DNA of 64,000 nucleotides from Octopus vulgaris (lineage: Eukaryota), in assembly GCA_951406725.2 (NCBI GenBank), contig OX597814.1, positions 163,742,001 through 163,806,000 on the forward strand, given 5' to 3'. A program made the position numbers and the translations under genes. The notes under the pieces are model-generated. The model was not told where the DNA came from and ran no database searches. It worked only from the letters and a program-made list of their open reading frames with translations. Shown in pieces: positions 14,036 through 64,000 of this stretch (the first letter of the stretch is position 1; the number at the start of each line of letters is the position of its first letter).

Positions 14036-14255
14036 CTCTTTTCTCTTTTACTTGTTTCAGTCATTTGACTGCGGCCATGCTGGAGCACCGCCTTTAATCG
14101 AGCAACTCGACCCCTCGACTTATTCTTTGTAAGCCCAGTACTTATTCTATCGGTCTCTTTTTGCCGAACCGCTAAGTGACGGGGACATAAACACACCAGC
14201 ATCGGTTGTCAAGCAATGCTAGGGGGACAAACACAGACACACAAACATACACGCG

Positions 14256-14314
<59 letters not shown>

Positions 14315-14563
14315 GTTTGTCCCCCTAGCATTGCTTGACAACCGATGCTGGTGTGTTTATGTCCCCGTCACTTAGCGGTTCGGCAAAAAGAGACCGATAG
14401 AATATACGACAGGCTTCTTTCAGTTTCCGTCTACCAAATCCACTCACAAGGCTTTGGTCGGCCCGAGGCTATAGTAGAAGGCACTTGCCCAAGGTGCCAC
14501 GCAGTGGGACTGAACCCGGAACCATGTGGTTGGTAAGCAAGCTACTTACCACACAGCCACTCT
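14036..14563 (-). mobile_element. tRNA-derived CORE-like SINE family B with an internal inverted duplication
   Basis: Near-identical to 17889-18298; A/B-box head TGGCTGTGTGG...GGTTCAGTCCC, CORE-like CCTTGGGCAAGTG. Confidence 0.85.
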
Positions 14564-14974
14564 TACGTTATATGCAATTATATAACAAGATTAATTATAG
14601 GTGAAATATTATGAGGGGAATATCTTCACTGAAATATCACGTTGACTAGTGGGTGCCATGATTTGAGGCTTTACTTGCACGCGTACTAGCGAGTTGGGTG
14701 GGGTAACTTAATTTGTTTTCATTCTATACAATGACTTTCATTTCAACAGACATTAAACTATCATTTATTATATTTTATGAAAGAACGTTTTTGATTCACG
14801 TTTTCGTGGCCACATGATTGGATAAATAAATAAATTCATTAAAAATTCAACTTGATGCATTGTGAATAATAATGCTTTCATAGTGTGGCACAAGGATACA
14901 CACCCATAGCATTCAACTGGTTCTCACAAGTACTTATTTTAGCGACTACTGGTAATGCAAAATCTACTCAGACA

Positions 14975-15588
14975 TTGGTTTCAAATTTTGATATAAGGCC
15001 AGTAATTTCAGGGGGAAGAGATAAGTCGTTTACATCGACCCAGAGCTCAACTGGTACTTATTTTATCTATCCCGAAAGGATGAAAGGTATAGTCAACCGC
15101 AGTGGAATTTAAGCTCAGAACGTAGAGAGGAACGAAATGCAGCTAAGAATTTTGCCCGGCGTGGTAACGATTCTTATTTCTTTATTGTCCACAAGGGGCT
15201 AAACATAGAGGGGACAAACATGGACAGACAAATGGATTAAGTCTATTAAATCGACCCCAGTGCGTAACTGGTATTTAATTTATCGACCCGAAAGGATGAA
15301 AGGCAAAGTCGACCTCGGCGGAGTTTGAACACAGAACGTAACGGCAGACGAAATACCTATTTCTTTACTACCCACAAGGGGCTAAACACAGAGGACAAAC
15401 AAGGACAGAAAAACGGATTAAGTCGATTGTGTCGAATCCAGTGCGTAACTGGTACTTATCTAATCGACCCCAAAAGAATGAAAGGCAAAGTCGACCTCGG
15501 CGGAATTTGAACTCAGAACGTAGCGGCCGACGAAATACTGCTAAGCATTTAGCCCGGCATGCTAACGTTTCTGCCAGCTCGCCGCCTT
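14975..15588 (-). mobile_element. SINE family A tandem/nested array (3 units)
   Basis: Three repeats of the gaccc..gaaaggatgaaaggcaaagtcgacc block (third more diverged); head ggcggcgagctggcagaa at the right end. Confidence 0.85.
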
Positions 15589-17119
15589 TACTCTACCCGA
15601 ATATTGCAAGACATTCTCTTCAGCTCTCCTTCATCTCTGTCACACTCACTGTCTATATGCTGAATCTTAGGGCTAACTTCCATCTCTTCTATACTTCTCC
15701 CTCAAATATTTGTATATTGTTATATATTACTGGGAACTTATACTTCCTAATAGTTCATGTTCTCAACATGTTCTGAACTGAGTAAATGAGAGTCTAGTAG
15801 AAATTACTTTAGATTCATCATGGTGTTAACTACAGGATAAACAACATTCTAACCTTCAGCAAGAAAGTAAACACTTTCATGACTAGTTACAAAATTGCTG
15901 TAAAATAGGAAAGAACTTTCGTATCTTATTCAAGACCACAGAACAGTTCCTCAAATACTCCGATAAAAATATAACACCAGATAATTCTAGGATTACGCTC
16001 TTGTAGTTGATAATGTAGATAGAAGTCTTAAGGGTTATATTTCTTTATTAATGTAATTTTCAATGGTTTTTTTTTTAAAAAAAGGATTGTTATGCATTTA
16101 AGATCAATTCACTAACTAAGGTTAACTACTGTTCATAGAGGTCCATTTGAGTGGTCATCGCTTTGCTTCATTCAGGATTTTATTTCAGATTCCGACAATA
16201 ATAAAAGAATTAAGATAAAGGATGCAATGTATTGGCAGCGCCATTTGAGCTGCGGACAAAGTATTTCGCACTATTCGGCTATGTTTCTCTAATATTCTAA
16301 GTTCAAGTCTTTGTAAGATCTTCTTTGATTCTCAACCATTCAAGGTCGATAAAATAAAGTGACACGTACTGTAATTTGATATAACCAAATGCACACAGCC
16401 TCTTGCTGTTATGGAATCCCTGTGCCTATGTTATAATAGTTAAACCGTATGTAGATAACAAGTGCTAAAGTACATGCTAGGGGTGGAGGGAATTCAAGAA
16501 GCTGAAGAACACACGTGGGACAGAGAGAAAGAGAGAGATAGAGAGGAAGACAGGGAGTTAGAGAGGGCGAAAGAGAGAAACAATATAGAAAGAGTCACAT
16601 ATAGACAAGCAGAAACAACGAGAAGGAGAGAAACACAGAGAGAGAATAGAGCAAAAGAGAAAGAGAGGGAGAGAGGGAAGAGAGAGAGAGAGAGAGGGAA
16701 GAGAGAGAAGAAGATGGGGAGGGCAACATGATTTTGGTGGATGATCAGTGAAAATAAAAGAGAAAAAATCAGAATATTAATAATAAGAATTGAGGTGAAC
16801 TGTACCCCCCTTACCACCATTTATCATTCTACTCTTCCATCTAAACACCTAACTGTCCACCCACCCATCCACTATCTACACAATCATCCTTCTGTCCATT
16901 CATCCAATCAACTGACAGCCGGATATGTTTACAGTTGCCACGTCAAAATTAAGACACACATAAATAAAGCGAAGGGCTGCTACCTTTTCATTGCAGAACC
17001 GAAACAAGAAGACTTGCTGTACACGTTCCAAGCCGGTTTATAATTAGAGGTTAGTCATTTGTTATTATTATTATACTTTATATTTAGACAGCATTAGCTT
17101 TCAATAACAATAGCGGACT

Positions 17120-17124
17120 TTAAT

Positions 17125-17163
<39 letters not shown>

Positions 17164-17170
17164 CATACAT

Positions 17171-17223
<53 letters not shown>

Positions 17224-17258
17224 GTATAATATATATCTGTGTGTATATATATATGTAT

Positions 17259-17291
<33 letters not shown>

Positions 17292-17432
17292 AATATATAT
17301 ATATAATATAATATAATATAATATAATATATATATGTGTATATTATATATATATAATATATAAATATATACTTACATTCATATATGTATGTATATATTAT
17401 GCATGTATGTACACTCTTACACATACACACAC

Positions 17433-17472
<40 letters not shown>

Positions 17473-17690
17473 GAATATATAGAACATATTTAAGTATGCA
17501 TGAATGTATATATATATATTGATATGTGTTTGTGTGTATGTGAGTAAATGTATGTATGTATATATAGCCATATACAGCTATATATACATGTCCATTATGT
17601 GTGTGTGTATATAAATATGTACGCACGTGCGCGCACGTGCGCGCACGTGCGCACACATGCACACACATGCACACACACACAGACACGCAC
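17120..17690. repeat. TA/CA-rich low-complexity tract
   Basis: Direct inspection. Confidence 0.9.
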
Positions 17691-17844
17691 ATGGAGGCGT
17701 GTCAATAATCGACTGTAAGGCACTGATGTTATTGGCGGGAAAATTAGATAACTGATGAAGGGTCCTTTCTCTATGTTTACTTGTTCTGTTTTTACGTATA
17801 TCATGTAGCTTGCGCAGTTGGCGAAGTCCTGTACCCATATATGC

Positions 17845-17888
<44 letters not shown>

Positions 17889-17890
<2 letters not shown>

Positions 17891-18298
17891 TCTCTTTTAC
17901 TTGTTTCTGTCATTTGACTGCGGCCATGCTGGAGCACCGCCTTTAATCGAGCAACTCGACCCCGGGACTTATTCTTTTGTAAGCCCAGTACTTATTCTAT
18001 CGGTCCCTTTTGCCGAACCGCTAAGTAACGGGGACGTAAACACACCAGCATCGGTTGTCAAGCAATGCTAGGGGGACAAACACAGACACACAAACACACA
18101 CACACACATACATATACATATATATACATATATACGACGGGCTTCTTTCAGTTTCCGTCTACCAAATCCACTCACAAGGCTTTGGTCGGCCCGAGGCTAT
18201 AGTAGAAGACACTTGCCCAAGGTGCCACGCAGTGGGACTGAACCCGGAACCATGTGGTTGGTAAGCAAGCTACTTACCACACAGCCACTCCTGCGCCT
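17889..18298 (-). mobile_element. tRNA-derived CORE-like SINE family B, full length
   Basis: tRNA-like head, CORE-like block, internal (CA)/(TA) repeat, tail shared with 14036-14233 and 37446-37632. Confidence 0.88.
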
Positions 18299-18420
18299 TA
18301 TATATATATATATAATATTTTATAAGCTTAAAGTCTATAAGCGATTATTGTGCAATTACTACAGAAAATAGTCTAATAATGGACATATAAGACTTTGACG
18401 GAAAAAAAGTAGGTTTTCCA

Positions 18421-18489
18421 TACGCATGGGACTCGAACCCATATCTCTTTGTTTTCACGACAAGTGTTCTAGCCTTTTACACCAACGCA
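18421..18489 (-). pseudogene. tRNA-like sequence (pseudo-tRNA or SINE head)
   Basis: A box TGGTGTAAAAGG, B box GGTTCGAGTCCC, downstream T-run; acceptor and anticodon stems imperfect. Confidence 0.45.
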
Positions 18490-18853
18490 CAACCACACGC
18501 ACACACGCAGACGCACATACACACACGTATGTATATATTTACACACACATTTATTCACACATATAATACATACACCTTATGCATATGTATAGCTACACAA
18601 AATACCAATTAAAACAATCACCAGCTCGGCATAGTTGTATTTCTGACATTTATCGGCAAAAGACTTACAAACCGTTGTCTTGTGACAAGAGAGAGTTTGC
18701 ATAAGCATTCTCTTGCACTATCCCCACGTCCTTTACATAATCTCTTAGCCATACTGGAATAGAAGCTTATCGAAAAATAAATGATACAAGATGGCAGAAC
18801 AATGCGTTTTTCTCACTGGCCAACATTAGTTTCGCACTGGTATTGTACAGGTT

Positions 18854-19086
18854 AAGGCGGCGAGTTGGCAGAATCGTTTGCACGGCGGGCGAAATGCTTA
18901 GCGGTATTTCGTCTGCCGCTACGTTCTGAGTTCAAATTCCGCCGAGGTCGACTTTGCCTTTCATTCTTTTGGGGTCGATTAAATAAGTACCAGTTACGCA
19001 CTGGGGTCGATGTAATCGACTTAATCCGTTTGTCTGTCCTTGTTTGTCCCCTCTGTGTTTAGCCCCTTGTGGGTAGTAAAGAAATA
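18854..19086 (+). mobile_element. tRNA-derived SINE family A, full monomer with 15-bp TSD
   Basis: TSD GGTATTGTACAGGTT at 18839-18853 and 19087-19101; A box TGGCAGAATCG, B-box-like GAGTTCAAATTCC. Confidence 0.9.
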
Positions 19087-20287
19087 GGTATTGTACAGGT
19101 TCAAATACAAGCTAGTAATGTCCTCTGCTGATAGCGTGTTTTGGCGATCACTAATGCGTCATGCAGTAGAGATCCCTAAAGACAAAATGCGATATGAGGT
19201 GAATGTTTCCAATTGAGTAACTGAATGATAAAAAGTTTTGAATTTTAGCAAATTAATGGTTTCAGTTAATTGAATCAATTTATCCATTTGTCTACATATC
19301 CCCACATTTTCTAAATACGTTATGAGGTCCAGTTATTTCTCAATATTACACTGTTTAGCAAAATTTTCATTTTCCTTTTGTCTTTGATCAATGTTATTTC
19401 TTATTTGCTTCTATCAAAGGAAATGACAATAGTCCCTTCAAATTTTGCTTTTGTGACCAGGACACCAACGTTTTGAAACTGACCTATTTTCCATTGCGTT
19501 TCGGACAGATTCAGCGCTGAGTTGCGGTAGCAGATATATATCTTTGCAGCAAATATCTTGCTCAATACTACAAATTTACTTGTCAGTTGCTTATTCTTAA
19601 TCACTTGAGCATGGCCCTTCGAGGCTAACAATATGTGCATCTCTGATCATGAGCAGGAGTAGTGCGGTAGCTTTGAGAGAGATTCTTTGGGGTTTGAATA
19701 TGTGAAACAAAAGCAAAATTTGAAAGAAATATTAGCCATTTTTCATATATGTACGTATATATGTATGTGTGTATGTATGCATGAATGCATGTATGTATGT
19801 GTGCATGAATGAATGAATGAATAAATGAATGAAGGAAGGAAGGAAGATATATGTATTGTTCGGGAAGTGGTTTTATTTTCTGAATTCATCATCAATGGTA
19901 AAAAGAACTGGTTTTTAGCCCGAAGTGATACTCTCACCAAAATTTAGAGATTCAAACAAGGTAGTCTTGTATGTATGTATGTATGTATGTATGTATGTAT
20001 GTATGTGTGTGCATATGTTCGTGTATACGTGTGCATGCATGTGCACGCGCGGTGTAGCATTTAGTAAGAAATTTTAGTATTCTATAATGCCGCAGAGAGT
20101 GAGATGCCCTTTAGTTTATATTAAAGTATGTGTCCAGGAGAAAGTTACTCGGATATTAAACCAACCCTTTGTGCAAGATCTCTAGCAACTGTCGAAGATT
20201 ATGACATTCCTACACTCCCCACCCTGCAACCTTATTATCACAAGATGTTGTGACATGGATGGCCACCTGATCATGTCAATGCGGGAA

Positions 20288-20339
<52 letters not shown>

Positions 20340-20343
20340 ATTC

Positions 20344-20398
<55 letters not shown>

Positions 20399-21272
20399 AT
20401 CTTTTTATTACATACATACATATTTATATACATATATACACACGTACATACATACACCGACTTGAACTCTCTTAAGAACTAAAATAAAACTCAAAGAAAA
20501 GCATACGCATGCGCGCGCACGCAGACAGACACAGACAGACAGACACACACGCACACACACGCGCACACACACACACACACACACACATACACACACACAC
20601 ACACACACACAACACACATATGTGCATCTCATTTTGTTTATGCGTTTGAGCACGTTTGCGTGTATGTATGTCGGCAGTTACTGTGATCACTGTTTAATTA
20701 CTAACAGTAATTAAAGAGTAACATACATTAACTGATCGAATCCATTAATCTGATATTGTTTCAATATCCATTAAAGAGATGTAGGTCGGAAGATGATAGA
20801 ATGGGAAGAATGACGAACGAAACGGCTCACGGCATTGAGTTAGGCTTCGTTTTGTATGCTTTTTTTTTTTTTAAAGATCTCGCCGGGTTTATGATGATAA
20901 GCTGGCAGAATCGTTAAGAGCGTGGAATGAAATGCTTTTGTGCTATAAATTCTGATAGATTCTGGCTTTTTATGTACCGCCGATATTATGGGTGCCTAGC
21001 ATCCTTTCGGGGTCGATAAAATAAAGTACTACTCAAGAACTAGTGAGAGCGAATGTATTTAGTATATCGCCTTCCCTAAAAATTGCTGGCCTTCTTCCTA
21101 AAAAAGAAATCAAGATCTTGTTAGGGTTGAGTGAGTGTTTCACTTTTCTCGGGATTCGGATAAAAAGGACCTGCCAAATACTGAAGTTGATTTAAGTACA
21201 TATGCCACAGCTCACTACCAACAAAACTTATGCGAGCCAATGAAATTCTAAAAGTAGTAATGAAATCTGCGA

Positions 21273-21333
<61 letters not shown>

Positions 21334-24300
21334 GTGCATGCGAGTGTATATATGGGTGTTTGCATATATTTATATCTGCAAGAGATTGTAGAATAGGTGT
21401 GTCGAGGGAAAATCACTAGTATTTGATTCTATCTATGATACGTCCCTTTACACCTGGACTTCACCGTTCCACGTTACGAGGCGATGAAATATCAGAAAAA
21501 GTTTTAGTGCCGATGCACCCCACCATTACTCCCCACCATTACCATACTGGTAAAAAGGATCCATTATTTATTAAAGGTGCCGATTGCTAGACATCAAAAA
21601 GTAAAAAAAACGCCTCGTATCATATTTAAATGCCAGTTCTGATTCTAACTGAAACCAGTTTATTTCTTTATCTACCGCCCTGTTTAACATCGCTACCTGT
21701 TTCTTTAGTGCCTTTAGGGAAGCTTACTCTGTTGCAAGTATGGAGCCAGATCCTAGAAATTAAATTCCTCTTTTCCTCCTACCGGTTCCTGAGACCTTAA
21801 GAAAGGACCAGAAAGCTCTGCACTTTCTCCCCTTGATAAATTGTTAAAACACGCAAATAATAACTTTCAAATGGGCATTCGGGCTACGTAGTAGTATTTT
21901 GTACATTTTTACCTTCATGAAAAATCAATATTCGTGGAAATCGAAATTTTTTTTTTCTGAAGGGAAAATTCTATTATGAAGAAAAATCTATTATTTAGTT
22001 TGAATCATATGGTGTAAGTGTTTGTTGAAATTACGAGGCTATGTCAAATGAGAACGTGTAGTTACGCTTCTTTCCAATGTAACGCTTGCAGTAAATTTGA
22101 AGTCATTAAGTTTAGGAAATACTATACGTTATCCGTTCATCCGGCCATATCAGTTTATGTGGAAAACTAATATAACTCGTTTCTCCAATAGACGGTAGCA
22201 TATATTTTTAAAGAGCCTGCAACACAGATTTAATTTCCATGCAATTAGAATACACTTTTTATGTTTATGTTATTAGGTAAGGCATTGACTATTCAATTTT
22301 TTTTTCTAGATCCATTCTAAAGCTTCCAACTGGGTAAATAAAATTTCGTCATATTCATTTTCTTTAAGAAAGCCTATTTAAAAACAGAACATTCATTGAT
22401 TTCCTTATTTATCCAGAAATCTACGAATCTATAAGAAAAAGGAATGAGATTTTGTAACTCGTACTTTTTTTTGTACACGTTTCATTCATTAATTGAAATC
22501 ATATTAAAGTCTGAACTCGCTAACAGCTTATTTTCTTCTATAATAACCATCATAGGTGTTCATGCAGATAGAACCTGTTTTCCCAAATTAAAGAGTCGTT
22601 ATCTGTCTCGTATTACTACTACGTTAAGCCAGGGATACATAAATCTTCCCTTTCATTGGGCCCTGATCTACTGCAAGCAGCTCTCTCTCTCCAGGAGATA
22701 AAAAAATATTGTATTCAGTATTGCAAGCTAATGAATAAGATTCTATAATCAGTCACTTTTGATAATGAAGCTGCTGCTTTTAGCAGCGAGTTATGCACCT
22801 TAGTGTATCAGTTAAGATCCAATGAGGGAGTCTCTACGAAGTCGTTCGAATTTCAGACATAGCAGTTACATTTCTGAAAACGGGAGAAACATTAAGTGCA
22901 TTATGTCTGGAAAGATGATAATTACAGTAGGAAAAACTTTGATCATTCGTTGATATATCAAGAATGATCTGAGCTAAATAATAGCAACAAAGAATGACAT
23001 ATGGGGAATACAGCCCATGATAAACTAGGAGAAAGTTTAGTTGGTAATGCAGGAATGTTTTTGGTCACATAACTTTTCAATCACGATTGACTGACCAGGG
23101 GTCGGAAACACAGCAGTTGATTGTTGGACATTCCATAGATTCATCCATCTAGTTCTAATACATACATTAAGAATACATAGTTAAAATATATGCTTAATCA
23201 TTTTAATTAATTAATTATTCTAATGAATTGGAGACTAGATTAAATGTGAAATACCTTGAGTTAATGGCCCACGTATGAGTTTTAAATTTAGCAAAGCTTC
23301 TTCACAAGATACCATATAAATCACTTCGATACAGAAGTTTTGCTATAAAATATTGCATAAATCACATTACAATAAATAAATAAACAATAATAGCAAAAAC
23401 AAAACGTAATTTTAAAGTATTTTTACCAGCCAGCTAATTGAACTAGCGACATATGACATCACGAGTTTGCAACTACTTCTGGCCTGTTCTGGCAAGGTGA
23501 CTTTTAAGTTTATCCTACGGTGCGTATCTATTAGTAAAGAAGAAGCAAGAAAACAATTAACAGATGTTAATGCTGGGAATTTAATAGATGGCAATCCAAA
23601 GATCTGGTCTTTGTGGTGATCTTTATAATAATTGTGAGAGTGGTAGTTATAAATAAAATAAGCTAAAGTCTTTCTTTTCTGCTCTTAGTAAAAATCAAGG
23701 CTGTTTAAAATATTTTTATTCCAAGTATTTGTCATTGCTTGTCTGAAGAGGTAAGATGATGAAGAAAATTGAGGTTAAGGGATGATAATGTTCAATTTGA
23801 ATCCGTACTGTCTTGTACACAGACGGAAATATAAGCTGGATTATTTCTAAGCGATTGCTATTTTGGGTAAGAATGTAGTAACATAATGATATGGAAATAA
23901 TTGTTACTGCTAATAATATTTAACCCTGCGTCACTCCTGATTAAGTCCACCTATGACCAAAGTTGTTCCAGCAACTGTGTCCATTTAATGTTGTTTATCA
24001 TTGAAAAAAAACAAAAAACAGTCCAATATATTCTTTGTTTATGATGATCGAAAGTGATTTGAAGGAAACTTGACAGTTTCTAGCAGGTCAAATAAGAATG
24101 CAGAGGTTTCTCTATATCTGATAATATTCCCACATATCCTAGTATCTATTCATGTTTGTTTTAACTACAGTGAATCGTCAGCGATATATATTAGATTTGA
24201 ATTGCTAATCCAATACCATATCAACTCTGCTAATAAGGTCCCTTATTTACAAGAAATACAGGATGGCCATAACTGAAACACCCTTGGTTACATGTTTGCT

Positions 24301-24652
24301 CGATCGAAGTTAACTTGTAACTAAGCAACAATAAAAATAACGTCCTACGATAGATCTTTAGTAAAGATATGGTTTACTTTTCTATTTTATCATTACAAAT
24401 GTCTTTAAAACTTTTTCCTTTTATCAGATTTTATCTCGACCCTCATAATCCTTGACTTTTCTGTATTTGACCTAAATTACATTCTTATTGATTAAACGTT
24501 CTTGTTACTCATTTATTCTATTATTTTGTGTTTATTTTACTTTTAGAACTTCCTTTAAACAGTATTGTGTTGTTTCATTTTTGGACGATTATTCAGAAAG
24601 CCGAGTTAATTTTTGCATTCTTTCTTCTTTTTTTTTATTTTCAGCGAGAAAT

Positions 24653-62065
<37,413 letters not shown>

Positions 62066-62569
62066 GTAAGTACTTTAATTCAAGTTAATAAAGTATGATA
62101 ACCGGTGAGTCGTTAAAGCATATTGTGCATGTAAGACAAATCAGCTCATTTTTGATGAGGTTAATTTTTGACCAAGCTACATTCAGGAAAACTAACGATA
62201 TTCTGTGGTAGCTACTAATAATGCAGTGGAATATATTTTGTGTTATAAGGAAGAACAGAAGTGTAATGTTTCGGGCAGGACCATTCGCCTGAGAGACAAA
62301 ATATTCACAGGTTTTGCAGCATAAATAATGCTGCAACACTTCTATATTCTTGATAACTTGCAATGCTGGGTTCAAACCAAAACACAACACATATTCTTCA
62401 AATAGTACTCCTAGATTACATCGGTGTGATGTGTCTACCTGTAGTACCTATTAACAAATTAGAGTCGGTTATTTAACACCTAAATTCTTCGGCAGTTACC
62501 GAAGTTGTTGATCTTTCGGTTGACAGACATTCTAATTGACTTTGCCAGCTAATTAAACTACAGGGAGAA

Positions 62570-62630
<61 letters not shown>

Positions 62631-64000
62631 TGCATGTGTGTTAACCAGTTTAGTGTCACAGTGACGAGGTGAGAAGTAAATCCCTCTGTTTATCTCTCAT
62701 AAACGTTTGGACAATCGTTGGCAATTTTCCCACAAAAACAGCACTTTTTTCTTCAACAAGAAAAACACTGCTCATTCACTACATTGTTATACTTGTGCTG
62801 TATATGAACACTTATGAATATGATATGAATAAATATTAAGCCTTAATGCTTTGATTACTTAAAGCTCTTTTGTTTAAAGAATGAGTTGAAGCGATTGATT
62901 ACTCTCTATTGTTACATTATCTTCATATTATCATACAAATAAACTGTTTTACCAAATGACCTCTTAATACAAGAAAGTATCCGGGGAAACGTAATTTGCA
63001 ACACTGTTTCAAAGTCTATGTTACAGTAATTTCCCTTTCATTACGTTGGCATCTTTGGGAGAAATAATTGACCAATATAATTTCCTATTTTCGAAATCAC
63101 TAAGACATGATTTGCTAATGTTATTATTCAGAAAAGTTCCCACATTTGTGATAAATGTGAGTAGTATATAATAAAAACTTTGGGATTGTATTTGCTGTGA
63201 ATGACAGCATACTATGTCTATTGCATGTAAATACCCTATAGACCGAACATTATATCTGTTGGCTATAAACGCCATATCCTATAAAAAGTTGAAGCTTCCA
63301 AGTTGAAGAGTCAATAGTTTGTATTCTTTGGTTGACACTACACTTTGTCTATTAACGAGGTATTCAGTTATACAATTATAGTTTATCTATTCAATGTGAA
63401 CGCTTCAGTTATCTTATCAGTTGTCAATTAGCCCATCAACATCATTTAAAATGCAGTTAAAATGCAATTAACATCACTCAAAATGCACACGCAAATACGT
63501 ACTAAAATGGATCGAGCACAAGCGAATTGTGGCAGAATTGTTTTCCTGAGCTCATATATTAAATTTTTGGTCTACGGGATGCCAGATATAGCGGAGCACC
63601 AGAATTATATACTTTATGGAATCACAATATGGTAGCACGAATCACAAGAATTAGCGGTAGGATCTCAGTTAAATCATATCCTATCGTTAAGAAACAGCAG
63701 GGTACACTGAATAGTGTAGACTTAGTAATACTAGAACTGTAGAAAATGTTATGATCACGAATGGAGCATCTTTCAGTATGTTCGGGGCTATCTTGAAACT
63801 AAATAACAATTCTGTATTTAGTTTCATCCATTAAAATTTGCTATAAACGCAAATTCTACCAAGGCCTACCGGGGTCGATTAAAAAGTATCTGTATTAAGC
63901 TGGGATCGATGAAATCGAATAACAGATAACTAACTCCATCAATCGATATAAAAACAAAAAGAATGTGCTGCATGAAATAAAATCCTTAAAACTTTTTTAT

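Noticed and set aside
17752-17800. CTGATGA core-like heptamer
   Set aside because: No downstream stem II-GAAA-NUH.
62066-64000. Thioester (GCGEQ) exon
   Set aside because: No matching spliceable segment seen; presumed beyond the window.

Overview
AT-rich, microsatellite- and SINE-dense animal genomic DNA. The SINE families look like those of Octopus (inference from recognition, not searched). One protein-coding gene is supported on the + strand: the 5' part of an alpha-2-macroglobulin-family thioester-containing protein (TEP/CD109-like). I assembled it by hand as 24 GT-AG coding exons (24653-62065, about 901 codons) with consistent splice phases and no stops. It runs off the window just before the expected thioester (GCGEQ) exon. 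The rest is intergenic or intronic: several tRNA-derived SINE families, decayed Tc1/mariner, pogo/Tigger, Helitron, RTE and CR1-type fragments, MITEs and simple repeats. Most ORFs in the supplied track are repeat artefacts. The most notable structure is a set of about a dozen hammerhead-ribozyme or hammerhead-like motifs from several sequence families. They sit in short cassettes next to microsatellites, twice as outward-facing inverted pairs, and accompany decayed Penelope-like RT (YRDD) and GIY-YIG remnants. One is a tRNA-headed SINE with a hammerhead tail and a 13-bp TSD. Several lie in sense orientation inside TEP introns.
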